Below are positions 15,205 to 24,651 of a stretch of 54,569 nt of DNA, in pieces. Below the pieces are notes generated by a model, which did no database searches, was not told the origin of the DNA, and worked only from the letters and a program-made list of their open reading frames with translations. How positions within the stretch are numbered: position 1 is the first letter of the stretch; every line of letters starts with the position of its first letter. A program made the position numbers and the translations under genes. The DNA is taken from positions 1 to 54,569 of IMG/VR virus record IMGVR_UViG_3300025886_000032; one strand, written 5' to 3'. Source of the DNA: a virus. Its lineage: Duplodnaviria; Caudoviricetes.

Positions 15205-15226
15205 ACTATTAATTCAGCTCGTTTAT

Positions 15227-15258
15227 GTAAATTATTCAAAAAACATGTGAATAGCTAT
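15227..15258 (+). promoter_or_regulatory. class B promoter motif at start of right arm
   Basis: GTAAA ttattcaaaaaacat GTGAATAGCTAT (downstream box slightly divergent). Confidence 0.55.
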
Positions 15259-15301
15259 TAATATACGTATAAAAAGAATATTCATTTAAAAAAACATAAT
15301 T

Positions 15302-15478
15302 ATGCCAAGTTATAATCCAGATAAAGGAGCAGTAAAAGGTTTAGCTGACAGAGGAAGAGCTAAGATATTAGGACACATGGGTGGAAGAGGAGTAGGAAAG
15401 AAGATTAATTTTGATTCTTCTACAAATAAAGGAATTAAAGGGTTAGGTAATCCTGATGCAGAGGGTAAATACATTTAG
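15302..15478 (+). CDS. small Gly/Lys-rich protein (58 aa)
   Basis: Manual: MPSYNPDKGAVKGLADRGRAKILGHMGG...; A-rich leader. Confidence 0.65.
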   Translation: MPSYNPDKGAVKGLADRGRAKILGHMGGRGVGKKINFDSSTNKGIKGLGNPDAEGKYI

Positions 15479-15480
15479 AT

Positions 15481-15711
15481 ATGAAAAAGATGGACAAGTA
15501 TGAGGATAAAAAAGCCTCAATGGACGATTACTCGCACGAAAGAAAACTAAGAATAGACGGTAGATATGAAGCTGCACATGGAAAGATGGCAGCAGCTAAA
15601 AACGATTTTGATCATGCACATGCTTTAAAGAAAGATGCACACTATGATGCTAAGAACAGAAGAGATAAGAATTATAGACATCCGATATTAAAACATAATC
15701 ACTCTAAATAA
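15481..15711 (+). CDS. small charged His-rich protein
   Basis: 76-aa ORF. Confidence 0.7.
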   Translation: MKKMDKYEDKKASMDDYSHERKLRIDGRYEAAHGKMAAAKNDFDHAHALKKDAHYDAKNRRDKNYRHPILKHNHSK

Positions 15712-15719
15712 TAAACAAA

Positions 15720-16460
15720 ATGAGTCTTGGAAAAAATTTATTAAAAAAAACAGGATCTAGCGGTGGTGGGCCAAATAATGGATTACCAGTAGGTAATAAA
15801 CCCATTAAATCTATAACATCGACTGGAATCCCAACAAAGACAGATGTTTTAGCAGGTCAAAAAGAAGCATATCCTGGCATGAAGTTTGGCCCAAATCAAG
15901 TTAACGTAGCTAAAAACACTATAAGTTCACAAGGCGCTAAACCAGGTAGCCAAGTTACTACAACTAAAAATGTGAAAGTTACAGAAGGAGCAACAGGAGG
16001 TAAACAAACTACAGATCAAAATGCTTACATGTCTGGTTTAGCTAAAAGATTTCCAGGTGCATCAGGTGAAGAATTAGCTAAAAAAATACCAGGTAGTAAA
16101 GGGAGTTATATTTCTTCAAGTATGATTGATAAGTATAATAAAAGTTATTATACACCTAAAACAGTAACTACTGGTACTCCTGGAGCAGAAGCAGTGGTAT
16201 CTGCACCAATAGAATTAGATAATGAAGCAGAAAAACAAACTACTGGTGAAAACACTGTAGAAACAAAGACAACTCCAGATGATAAGACAACTAAAGATAA
16301 TAAACTTGGTAACTTGCCAATTGGTTCTGCAAATATTACCAAAGGAGGCACTGGCAGGAAAGCTAGTAATCCTATAAATCCTGTATCTTTAGCAAGTGAC
16401 GCTTCTACAAGCAAAGATTTTAATCTAAAGCTTAACAATCAAGCTGTTAATAAAGCTTAA
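15720..16460 (+). CDS. low-complexity G/K/T-rich hypothetical protein
   Basis: 246-aa ORF, probably largely disordered. Confidence 0.75.
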   Translation: MSLGKNLLKKTGSSGGGPNNGLPVGNKPIKSITSTGIPTKTDVLAGQKEAYPGMKFGPNQVNVAKNTISSQGAKPGSQVTTTKNVKVTEGATGGKQTTDQNAYMSGLAKRFPGASGEELAKKIPGSKGSYISSSMIDKYNKSYYTPKTVTTGTPGAEAVVSAPIELDNEAEKQTTGENTVETKTTPDDKTTKDNKLGNLPIGSANITKGGTGRKASNPINPVSLASDASTSKDFNLKLNNQAVNKA

Positions 16461-16471
16461 AAAAAATTAAA

Positions 16472-19207
16472 ATGGCAATAATATATACATATCCAAAACT
16501 TAATAATCCTCAAGGTAACGAATTAGTAGTTGTATCTGATGTAAATAACAAAAATTCAACTAGATTAATTACATTACAGTCAATAGCATCGTTAATTCCT
16601 TCAGGAGGAGATGGATGTAGTAATGCCATAAGTGGTATTCAGACACCAGTAGGAACATACAACGCTAATTTATGCACAACAACTTCTTTCACCTCTTCAG
16701 GTGGAAGTGTTTCAATAAGTAACACTACTGAAGGCGTTAATTTTGAAACTAACTGTATAAATAACTATGTTTTAAAACCTGTAATTTGTCAAGGAGCACA
16801 ATGCAATGCATCTACAGCATCTGAAACTTGGTTATTTAGCTGTGATTCTTCATTGAGTCAATATGCTGGAATAAATACTCCTGTTATTTTAGAAAATAAC
16901 GGATCAATAGTACCACATTCACAAAATTTAGACCCAAATAGTCCTACTAATTGTTTTTATGTAGAATTATGGAGTCCAACTGTTTCTTTAGCTAGTACTT
17001 GTCAGTCTTGCTGCAACGGGACTCCAGCAGAATTAAAATGTTTATACACTAAATGCTCTGGTGGAGATCCAAACATGCCAGATAATTTAACTTTTGATAA
17101 AGTTAATGATGCTTGTACTACAGGTGTTATATATGCAACTCAAACTGCTAGTAACTATTCTTCTTGTTATACCTACCTTAGTGAGGTTGATGCTCCAGCA
17201 AGCACTGGTTACACTTTTATTTCAGCAACAGATTGCAACCAAGCTCCTTGTATATCTACACCACAAGAGAAAACTTGGTTTAGATGTGAAAATAGTTGTG
17301 ATTTTGGTACGCTACCAGAAACAGTTTACGGAAATCAAATAAACGGGGACGGATTAGTAGTTCTTGGAAATGGTGTTAACGAAGCTTGTTATACGCTTAA
17401 TGGAACTAGTGACAATGTTCAAACTCCTGGTATAATTCAAATATCAGTTAACAATGGATTAGATTGCAATACTAGTGTTGAACAAGGTGTTTGTAAAGCT
17501 TCTTTATATCACTTTGTTAAGTGTGCTGATGCTTCTTGCACCGGTGATGCTGCTAGCGTAACAAACGTATATGCAACATCTAATTTTGGTCTAAGTACTG
17601 AAGAAGTTATTTTATTTGAATTTGACGACAGATCATCTTGTTGTTATGTTCTACAGTCAGAGCAAGTGTGCCAAAAAGTTACTCAAGGTATAAACTTTTC
17701 AACCGCTACAAAAGTTGAAGGTTTAGATCCGTGTGCAAGTGAAGCTTGTGGCGAAACACCACCTCCAGCTGAAAAATGGGTGTACAACAGCTGTTCCGGC
17801 TGTGACCCAATAGTTTCAACTACTCCGTTGCATACGCCAGGAATTCATAACTCTTTATGGTGGAACTGCTGTTATTATTCTGTGCCAGCATCAGTTGAAG
17901 CAACAAGTGCTCCAGACTCTGGAATAACTATCGAACAAGTTATAAAAAGTGATTTAAATTGTGAGTCACTATTAGCAAATAATCAAATAGAGTGGAGTAA
18001 ATGTGGTGATACAAATACTAAAATATACACTGACTGTTGTAATATTAATGAAGATTTACACTTAGGCTTTGTTGCAAAAGGTTTTAGTGGACCAGATGGT
18101 TGTTATGAGATAACAAGTCTAAATAAAGAGCAAGACACTTCACCATGTGATAATATTACCGAAACAACTTGCGCAGATGAAGATTGTACTGTACAAGAGT
18201 TTAAATGGCAAACAAGACTTTGTGATACAGAAATATTTACAGATGTAAGTACAGATTATACTGGTGATGCAGATAATTTAAATGAAATTTATACATTTGA
18301 AGGTGCAGATAATTGTTTTCAAATTCAAAAAGTAATTGGAACTGCAACTGGTGCTGCTGGTCCAACTATTATATCTGGACCATATAGTAGCACGGTAGAT
18401 GAAACCGCTTGTGAATGTTGCAATAATAAAAACCATCATAGATATAGTAAATGCCAGGTAAGTGAACCTTTATCAGGATGTGCAAATTTAGATCCAGTAA
18501 TTGTATTGGATATTGCTAATCCACCAAACGTTATACTTGTCGAACAAACTGAAACAGGCGATACTTGTTGTTATGAACTAGAAGGCAGTACTTGTGAAAA
18601 TGCAACAGTTGGTTATACATCAATAGATACACCCAAAGATTGTAAAGATGCGAAGTGTGTAGAACCAGTTAATAACTATCTTCTTAAACAATGTCTTGAC
18701 TCCACTTTGTCCGGATGCGAAGAAATGCCATCAAACGTAATTGTTTCTATTGGTGCTCCACTAGGTAGTACAGTTATATTACGTGATGACAACACTAATC
18801 GTGAATGTTGTTACGTCGTTGATAGTACAACCACTAGTGCTCCTACCGGAGGTTATACTATTCTACAATCTGTTAGTGATTGTGCGAGTGAACAATGTTT
18901 AGAAGCTCCAGTAGATATTGTTAAGCAATATACTAAATGCCAGCAAACAATAGAAGAAGGATCTGCATCTTGTAATCTAATGGCTCAAAATGTTAACATA
19001 AACATTGGACAAGGTCCAGCACAAACCAACGTGATAATTAGAGATTCCGCCACTGGTAATCAATGTTGTTATGTATTAGTAGGTGATGCTGTAGAGCCAA
19101 CTGAAAACCACGCAATAGTTAGCCCTATAAATGGCTGTGACGTAGAATCTTTAACCATAGCGAATTGTCTTGCTGAACGAAGTGGTGAACCACCAGTCTC
19201 TGGATGA
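16472..19207 (+). CDS. Cys-rich repeat protein, probable virion fibre or decoration
   Basis: N-terminal fibre-anchor-like MAIIYTYP...LVVVSD...TRLITLQSI; about 10 modules of about 75 aa with Y.KC, (C)CY and C....C. Confidence 0.7.
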   Translation: MAIIYTYPKLNNPQGNELVVVSDVNNKNSTRLITLQSIASLIPSGGDGCSNAISGIQTPVGTYNANLCTTTSFTSSGGSVSISNTTEGVNFETNCINNYVLKPVICQGAQCNASTASETWLFSCDSSLSQYAGINTPVILENNGSIVPHSQNLDPNSPTNCFYVELWSPTVSLASTCQSCCNGTPAELKCLYTKCSGGDPNMPDNLTFDKVNDACTTGVIYATQTASNYSSCYTYLSEVDAPASTGYTFISATDCNQAPCISTPQEKTWFRCENSCDFGTLPETVYGNQINGDGLVVLGNGVNEACYTLNGTSDNVQTPGIIQISVNNGLDCNTSVEQGVCKASLYHFVKCADASCTGDAASVTNVYATSNFGLSTEEVILFEFDDRSSCCYVLQSEQVCQKVTQGINFSTATKVEGLDPCASEACGETPPPAEKWVYNSCSGCDPIVSTTPLHTPGIHNSLWWNCCYYSVPASVEATSAPDSGITIEQVIKSDLNCESLLANNQIEWSKCGDTNTKIYTDCCNINEDLHLGFVAKGFSGPDGCYEITSLNKEQDTSPCDNITETTCADEDCTVQEFKWQTRLCDTEIFTDVSTDYTGDADNLNEIYTFEGADNCFQIQKVIGTATGAAGPTIISGPYSSTVDETACECCNNKNHHRYSKCQVSEPLSGCANLDPVIVLDIANPPNVILVEQTETGDTCCYELEGSTCENATVGYTSIDTPKDCKDAKCVEPVNNYLLKQCLDSTLSGCEEMPSNVIVSIGAPLGSTVILRDDNTNRECCYVVDSTTTSAPTGGYTILQSVSDCASEQCLEAPVDIVKQYTKCQQTIEEGSASCNLMAQNVNINIGQGPAQTNVIIRDSATGNQCCYVLVGDAVEPTENHAIVSPINGCDVESLTIANCLAERSGEPPVSG

Positions 19208-19231
19208 TAAAATTTAAATATTCTACAAACC

Positions 19232-19264
19232 GTAGAAAACCAAACTATCATGTGATAGTATAAT
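19232..19264 (+). promoter_or_regulatory. class B promoter motif upstream of the chaperonin operon
   Basis: GTAGA aaaccaaactatcat GTGATAGTATAAT. Confidence 0.65.
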
Positions 19265-19287
19265 AGTAACCATATAAAAAATAAACC

Positions 19288-19572
19288 ATGACATTTTTAT
19301 ATACCAGCGGCTTTGCGGCCGCTACACAACCAGATCAGAGAGTGATTGACCTTTGGAAGTACATAACCAAGAAGAAAAATTGGAGAATTGTACAATTACC
19401 AAATGGGTTTTTTCAAACCGAATACTTGAATCCAGAAACTGAACAATGGACTGACGTAACTAGAAGAGAAACGATGGATGGAGCTGAAGCTGCCATTAAC
19501 GGTTCTATAGAACATTATGTTAAAAAATTGGAGTTTTTAAAAGGACCAAAAGTAGTTAAAACTTTCGAGTAA
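19288..19572 (+). CDS. hypothetical protein upstream of groEL
   Basis: 94-aa ORF (NWRIVQLPNGFFQTE...W.DVTRRET). Confidence 0.8.
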   Translation: MTFLYTSGFAAATQPDQRVIDLWKYITKKKNWRIVQLPNGFFQTEYLNPETEQWTDVTRRETMDGAEAAINGSIEHYVKKLEFLKGPKVVKTFE

Positions 19573-19598
19573 AAATAAATATAATTTAATTTAATAAA

Positions 19599-21155
19599 AT
19601 GAGTGAAACAATAGTTAAGCATTTAAACTTCGGTGATGATGCTAGAAATAAAATATTCTCAGGAATTGAAAAACTCACTAAAGCTGTTAGCTCCACATTA
19701 GGGGCTAGCGGCAAGTGTGTTATAATGGAGGATAATACGGGTAAACCAATAATAACCAAAGATGGTGTAACAGTTGCAGATACTATTACATTGTTAGACC
19801 CTGTTGAGAATATGGGTGCTAGACTCTTAAAAGAAGCAGCTCAAAGAACAGTTAAAGATGCAGGTGACGGAACAACAACAGCCACTATATTAGCAAAGTC
19901 TATATTGGATGAGGCTTACAAACACGAAAAAGCAGATACATTAAGAAATATTAAAGAAGGTATAAATCAAGGTGTAGAAAATGTTGTTAATTACTTACAG
20001 AAGAAAAGTAAAAAAGTTAGTGGTAAAAAAATTGATCAAGTTGCTACTATATCAGCTAACAACGATAGTACACTTGGAAAAATAATAGGTGAAGCATTTA
20101 GACTTGTAGATAGCACAGGTGTTGTAATGATGGAAACAAATGACGATACCACCACAGTAGTTGAAGTTGTAGACGGCGCTCAATATGAAAAAGGATTATT
20201 AAATACACATTTTGTAAATAATAAAGAAAAAAACTCTTGCGAACTAGATAACCCTTACATACTACTAATAGAAAATAGTATTGAAAACGTAAGACAGATA
20301 CAAAGTGTTTTAGAATTTATAATAAGAACTAACAAAAGCTTATTAATAATAGGAGATGCTGAACCAACTGTAGTTTCTGCATTAGCTATGAACAGGGTAA
20401 AAGGTAATATAAAGGTCAACATAATAAATGCACCTACACACGGCGTAAACAAACAAGTAACATTAGAAGACTTAGCTTTGATTACAGGTGCTACTTTAAT
20501 AAATGAAGACCTAGGTGACGATATGGATATGCTCACTGAAGAACATTTAGGTAGATGTAAAAAATCTACAACTACTCAAAGCGAGACTATACTACAGCTT
20601 GAAGATTTTAATGATGAGATTGAAAAAGTTATAGAAAGTATAAAAGACAAGTTGAAAAAGGAGAATAATCCAAATAAGATAGTTGCTTTAGAAAAAAGAT
20701 TAGCTAGATTATCAGGTAAGGTAGCGGTTGTAAAAGTAGGAGCTAACTCAGAAGTAGAATTAAAAGAAAAAAGAGATAGAGTTGAAGATGCTATTTGTGC
20801 TACAAAAGCCGCTATAAAAGAAGGTATAGTACCAGGTGGTGGGATTGCTTTGTTGAATGCAGCAAACAATCTTGAACCTAACAATATAGGAGAAGAAGTT
20901 CTATATAGTGCTATTAAAAAACCTTTTTTAGTTATATTAGAAAATGCTGGTATAACTGATTATAGTGCTCCAGATAACGAAGGCGAAGGTTTAAACGTGG
21001 TTACAGGAAAAACGGTGGATATGGTAAAAGCCGGAATAATAGATCCTTTACTCGTTACAAAAAGCGCTTTACAAAACGCGGCTTCTGTGGCTACAACTAT
21101 ATTATCTACTGATTGTGTAATTAATAATTTAAGAGCAAATGAAAGCGGTAGGTAA
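19599..21155 (+). CDS. groEL: chaperonin GroEL (phage-encoded)
   Basis: ITKDGVTVA, AGDGTTTAT, ATISANND, EKRDRVEDAICATKAA, GIVPGGG, GIIDP; no GGM tail. Confidence 0.97.
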   Translation: MSETIVKHLNFGDDARNKIFSGIEKLTKAVSSTLGASGKCVIMEDNTGKPIITKDGVTVADTITLLDPVENMGARLLKEAAQRTVKDAGDGTTTATILAKSILDEAYKHEKADTLRNIKEGINQGVENVVNYLQKKSKKVSGKKIDQVATISANNDSTLGKIIGEAFRLVDSTGVVMMETNDDTTTVVEVVDGAQYEKGLLNTHFVNNKEKNSCELDNPYILLIENSIENVRQIQSVLEFIIRTNKSLLIIGDAEPTVVSALAMNRVKGNIKVNIINAPTHGVNKQVTLEDLALITGATLINEDLGDDMDMLTEEHLGRCKKSTTTQSETILQLEDFNDEIEKVIESIKDKLKKENNPNKIVALEKRLARLSGKVAVVKVGANSEVELKEKRDRVEDAICATKAAIKEGIVPGGGIALLNAANNLEPNNIGEEVLYSAIKKPFLVILENAGITDYSAPDNEGEGLNVVTGKTVDMVKAGIIDPLLVTKSALQNAASVATTILSTDCVINNLRANESGR

Positions 21156-21399
21156 ATATATAGTTATAACAGATGTTGAAGAAAAAACAAAAGAAACTAA
21201 AGGTGGTTTACTTTTGTCATCTAAACAAAGAGAAGATATTAGATACAGACAAGCTGTGGTGCTTGAAATAGGTGCCGAAGTTGTAGGTATTAAAAAAGAT
21301 GATAAAATTTATTTTGATCGTCATGCTGGTTTTGATATAGAGATAGACAGTGATATATACAAGGTAATTAAAGATTCTGATGTTGTTATAGTAATATGA
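21139..21399 (+). CDS. groES: co-chaperonin GroES
   Basis: ETKGGLLL mobile loop, AVVLEIG, IKDSDV; overlaps the groEL stop. Confidence 0.9.
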   Translation: MKAVGKYIVITDVEEKTKETKGGLLLSSKQREDIRYRQAVVLEIGAEVVGIKKDDKIYFDRHAGFDIEIDSDIYKVIKDSDVVIVI

Positions 21400-21821
21400 G
21401 GCTAACATCATCTGATCTAAGAGATTTAAATATACTTAAACATTATAGGATAATACGTAAATGGGCTTGTAAAACAAACAAGCTAAATGATGCGGATCTA
21501 GAGCTTTTAATTTATTTAGACTCGTTAAAGTTATTTACAAAACATGATTTTAAACAAGGTACGTACTCCTACAGCTGGGATAATAGGCGCTGGAACAGAT
21601 TGTTAAAGAGTGGTTGGGTAGTAGTTTGGAGAAAACGAAATAGAACAACACAGAAATACAATATTTATAAAGTATCCGTAAAGTGTAAACAGCTAATAAG
21701 TCGTATGTACCGTATTATGTTAGGCGAAGAAGACATGCCTATTAATAAATTAAAAAACAACTATATGGATGTAGTTTTAAAAACTTCCATATTAAACGTA
21801 AACAAAGATAAAACAAGATAA
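21396..21821 (+). CDS. winged-helix-like hypothetical protein
   Basis: LNDADLELLIYL...RWNRLLKSGWV...Y.VS.K pattern. Confidence 0.55.
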   Translation: MRLTSSDLRDLNILKHYRIIRKWACKTNKLNDADLELLIYLDSLKLFTKHDFKQGTYSYSWDNRRWNRLLKSGWVVVWRKRNRTTQKYNIYKVSVKCKQLISRMYRIMLGEEDMPINKLKNNYMDVVLKTSILNVNKDKTR

Positions 21822-21823
21822 TT

Positions 21824-22060
21824 ATGGCAATGATAACTCAAGTTAATGGTAAAACATTAAACACTATTGACCAGGGATATGTAACTGGACAAAAACCTGT
21901 ACCAGCTGGACTTAGTTCTGCTGATAGTGCTCAAATATCTGGTATTGCCGGAAATATAAGCGCAGCACCAGGTGTTACGGGTGGAGTTGACCCAAGCACA
22001 AATGTTGTTGTACCTGGAAATACTCCAGTTGGACTAGGAGACATTAATCAACTAACTTAA
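21824..22060 (+). CDS. hypothetical protein
   Basis: 78-aa G/P/V-rich ORF. Confidence 0.65.
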   Translation: MAMITQVNGKTLNTIDQGYVTGQKPVPAGLSSADSAQISGIAGNISAAPGVTGGVDPSTNVVVPGNTPVGLGDINQLT

Positions 22061-22070
22061 TTAAAACAAA

Positions 22071-22250
22071 ATGCCAGAATACGGAAAAAAGCAAATTCCA
22101 GCAGGAATGAAAAAAAATTGTAATCCTAATTACTTTAAACCAATGGGTGAAAGATCTATGGAGTCTAGAATGACTACAGTTAAAACAGATTTGAAAATTG
22201 AAAACATTGAATACAAGGGTAACGCTGTAATTAGAGCAAATAAAGGGTAG
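22071..22250 (+). CDS. small hypothetical protein (59 aa)
   Basis: Manual: MPEYGKKQIPAG...IEYKGNAVIRANKG. Confidence 0.65.
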   Translation: MPEYGKKQIPAGMKKNCNPNYFKPMGERSMESRMTTVKTDLKIENIEYKGNAVIRANKG

Positions 22251-22399
22251 TGGGAGACATTAAATTATACTTATTAAATGCGGGAGCATTTGGTATAACG
22301 ATGATGGATTGGCTAGAGCCTGCATTAAAAATAATGTTGCTTATTTTAACAATTGGTTATACTGTTCATAAATGGGCATTAATAAACAAGAAAAAATAA
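22250..22399 (+). CDS. small membrane protein, holin-like (49 aa)
   Basis: GTG start; LYLLNAGAFGI...LKIMLLILTIGYTVHKW plus basic tail; immediately before the amidase. Confidence 0.6.
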   Translation: MGDIKLYLLNAGAFGITMMDWLEPALKIMLLILTIGYTVHKWALINKKK

Positions 22400-22402
22400 C
22401 TC

Positions 22403-22816
22403 ATGAGAAGTATAAATGAAATCATAATACACTGCTCCGCTACTAGAGAAGGTCAAGACATTCCAGTAGAAACTATTAAGAAATGGCATACTGAAGATAG
22501 AGGATGGACAGATATAGGTTACCATTTCTATATAGAACTAGACGGCACTATCAAAAAAGGTAGAGATATAGATAAATCAGGGGCTCATTGCAAAGGGCAC
22601 AATAGAAATTCAATAGGCGTGTGTTATTGCGGAGGCGTAGAAGCTGATGGTAAGACACCGAAGGATACTAGAACACAAACACAAAAAGAAAGTCTGTTAC
22701 ACGTTCTTAAAACACTAAAAGCGATGTATCCAGATGCTACTATTTATTCACACAATGAGTTTGCTAATAAAGCATGCCCATCGTTCGATGCAACTAAAGA
22801 ATATGAAAATATCTGA
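22403..22816 (+). CDS. N-acetylmuramoyl-L-alanine amidase (T7 lysozyme-like endolysin)
   Basis: IIIHCSAT, GWTDIGYHF, GAHCKGHN..SIGVCY.GG, H.....KACPSF. Confidence 0.95.
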   Translation: MRSINEIIIHCSATREGQDIPVETIKKWHTEDRGWTDIGYHFYIELDGTIKKGRDIDKSGAHCKGHNRNSIGVCYCGGVEADGKTPKDTRTQTQKESLLHVLKTLKAMYPDATIYSHNEFANKACPSFDATKEYENI

Positions 22817-23198
22817 AAACACTGAGTTTAAAATTGATGTAAAAACTGTAATTGGAATAATAATGCTAACTACAACTTTAGTCGGTATGTATTATACCTT
22901 GCAGGATGATATAGAGTTAGCTAAGAACTTACCACCAGTAGAAGTAGGTAGATTAGAGTATGAGTTAAAAGAAGAGTGGAACCACGAAAACATTGAAGAC
23001 ATACTTGAGAGAGTTAACATGCTAGAGCAAGTTGACGATGTAATTTTTGAAGAAATAGATGTATTATCTAGTCTAGTTAAAGATGGAACAGAGAGTGATG
23101 GCAAGCTTCAAGAACTTCAAAAAAGGTTAGAAGATCTTCAAAAAAGAAAACCAACTGTAATAGTTAAAGAAATTGAAGTAAATAAAAAACGTAGATAA
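22803..23198 (+). CDS. membrane-anchored coiled-coil protein (spanin-like)
   Basis: Start moved to ATG 22803 (MKISENT); one TM helix then coiled coil; in lysis cassette. Confidence 0.55.
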   Translation: MKISENTEFKIDVKTVIGIIMLTTTLVGMYYTLQDDIELAKNLPPVEVGRLEYELKEEWNHENIEDILERVNMLEQVDDVIFEEIDVLSSLVKDGTESDGKLQELQKRLEDLQKRKPTVIVKEIEVNKKRR

Positions 23199-23341
23199 TG
23201 GCTAAAAAGAAAACTAAAAGAGGAAGTTCTTGTTGGAAAGGTTATAAAGCTGATGGTAAAAAGCCATCGCCAAGTGGTAAAAAAGACAAAAACGGCAAAC
23301 CTAAAATGGTTAATAACTGCGTTAAGATTAAGAAAAAATAA
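23198..23341 (+). CDS. small basic protein with CWKGY...VNNCV motif (47 aa)
   Basis: Manual translation; TAATG-coupled at both ends. Confidence 0.7.
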   Translation: MAKKKTKRGSSCWKGYKADGKKPSPSGKKDKNGKPKMVNNCVKIKKK

Positions 23342-23589
23342 TGGCAATAAGAAAAACTACAAAAGGAAAAGGTCGTAATTTTAGAAGTACAGAAGAAGGT
23401 GCTGGTATGACGTCTAAAGGTGTTAAAGCTTATAGAAAAGCTAATCCTGGTAGTAAACTTAAAACTGCTGTAACTGGAAAAGTTAAAAAAGGCAGTAAGG
23501 CTGCTAAACGTAGAAAAGCTTTTTGTGCTAGATCTAAAGGTTGGAAAGGCGAAAGAGGTTTAGCTGCTAGAAGAAGATGGAAATGTTAA
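23341..23589 (+). CDS. small basic phage protein
   Basis: GAGMT.KGVKAYR..NPGSKLKTAVT...RRKAFCARS...RRRWKC. Confidence 0.8.
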   Translation: MAIRKTTKGKGRNFRSTEEGAGMTSKGVKAYRKANPGSKLKTAVTGKVKKGSKAAKRRKAFCARSKGWKGERGLAARRRWKC

Positions 23590-23601
23590 AACAAAATAAA
23601 G

Positions 23602-23685
23602 ATGGCATACGGTAAGAAAAAAATGACTAAAAAAACCACCAAAAAAAAGGTTGTAAAATCAAAGTCTAAAAAATCCAAAAAATAA
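23602..23685 (+). CDS. Lys-rich micro-protein (27 aa)
   Basis: Manual: MAYGKKKMTKKTTKKKVVKSKSKKSKK with A-rich leader. Confidence 0.55.
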   Translation: MAYGKKKMTKKTTKKKVVKSKSKKSKK

Positions 23686-23704
23686 TTTAACAATATAATA
23701 TAGA

Positions 23705-23881
23705 ATGGAATCAAATCAATCAAAGGGTTTAGGAGACTCAATAGAAAAGTTTACAACAGCTACTGGTATAAAAAAATTAGCAGATAAAATACCAGGAGGT
23801 TGTGGGTGTAAGGCTAGAAAAGAGAAACTAAACCAAATGTTTCCTTATGGAGAAAAAGAAAAAACAAAAAAAGAAGTTTAA
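23705..23881 (+). CDS. small protein with GLGD...CGC..R...LN motif (58 aa)
   Basis: Manual translation. Confidence 0.7.
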   Translation: MESNQSKGLGDSIEKFTTATGIKKLADKIPGGCGCKARKEKLNQMFPYGEKEKTKKEV

Positions 23882-24308
23882 CGAAACTAAGGTAGGTGTT
23901 TTTTTAAAAGAAAAAGCCCCTAGCATTATAGATAAATTAGGTGATTTTTTGCCTGATCAAGGTGGTCTTGGAATTGTAAAAAATATTATTACAAGCGATT
24001 CTAGTATAAAACCAGTAGATAAAGAAATGGCTTTAAATCTTTTAGAACAAGACATAGCTGAAATGAACAATATTTCTAGTCGCTGGAAAAGTGACATGAG
24101 TTCAGACTCTTGGTTAAGTAAAAACACTCGTCCACTCACATTAATTTATCTCACTTTATCAATGACAATTTTAATGGTGCTAGATTCAACTGTTATATTA
24201 GATATAAACAGTGGTTGGGTGTCGTTACTTGAAGCTTTATTAATAACAGTTTATGTAGCATACTTCGGAAGTCGTGGTGCTGAAAAAATAACAAAAATAA
24301 AAAAATAA
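23847..24308 (+). CDS. holin-like membrane protein (GTA holin-like)
   Basis: RWKSDMSSDSWLSKNTRPL, two TM helices, AYFGSRGAEK. Confidence 0.75.
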   Translation: MEKKKKQKKKFNETKVGVFLKEKAPSIIDKLGDFLPDQGGLGIVKNIITSDSSIKPVDKEMALNLLEQDIAEMNNISSRWKSDMSSDSWLSKNTRPLTLIYLTLSMTILMVLDSTVILDINSGWVSLLEALLITVYVAYFGSRGAEKITKIKK

Positions 24309-24309
24309 A

Positions 24310-24648
24310 ATGGCAACCGTATATAATACAAAAGATATTAGAGGATTAAAAGGAAATGAAAATGCTGAACCAAGAATACTTGCTCACGATGCCCTTGACT
24401 TAGGTCGAAATGGGATTATTCAAGAAAGAATTCCTGGTACAGAAGTAGTAGGGTGCACACTTTATGTAGGTGGTACTTTTGACACAATAGCAGTAACTCT
24501 TGAAGGCAGTAAAGAGCAAACATTCTTGAGAGGAATAACACCAGGTTCTTTTTTACCTATATTAATTATAGCTGTAGATGGTGTATTTGATGAAAACGGA
24601 GAGCCAATTGTAGAATTTAGTCCAGGTGAATTAGTAGCTTTGTATTAA
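24310..24648 (+). CDS. virion structural protein (probable)
   Basis: LYVGG...V.L......F..I..GSFLPI....ALY pattern. Confidence 0.55.
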   Translation: MATVYNTKDIRGLKGNENAEPRILAHDALDLGRNGIIQERIPGTEVVGCTLYVGGTFDTIAVTLEGSKEQTFLRGITPGSFLPILIIAVDGVFDENGEPIVEFSPGELVALY

Positions 24649-24651
24649 AAT

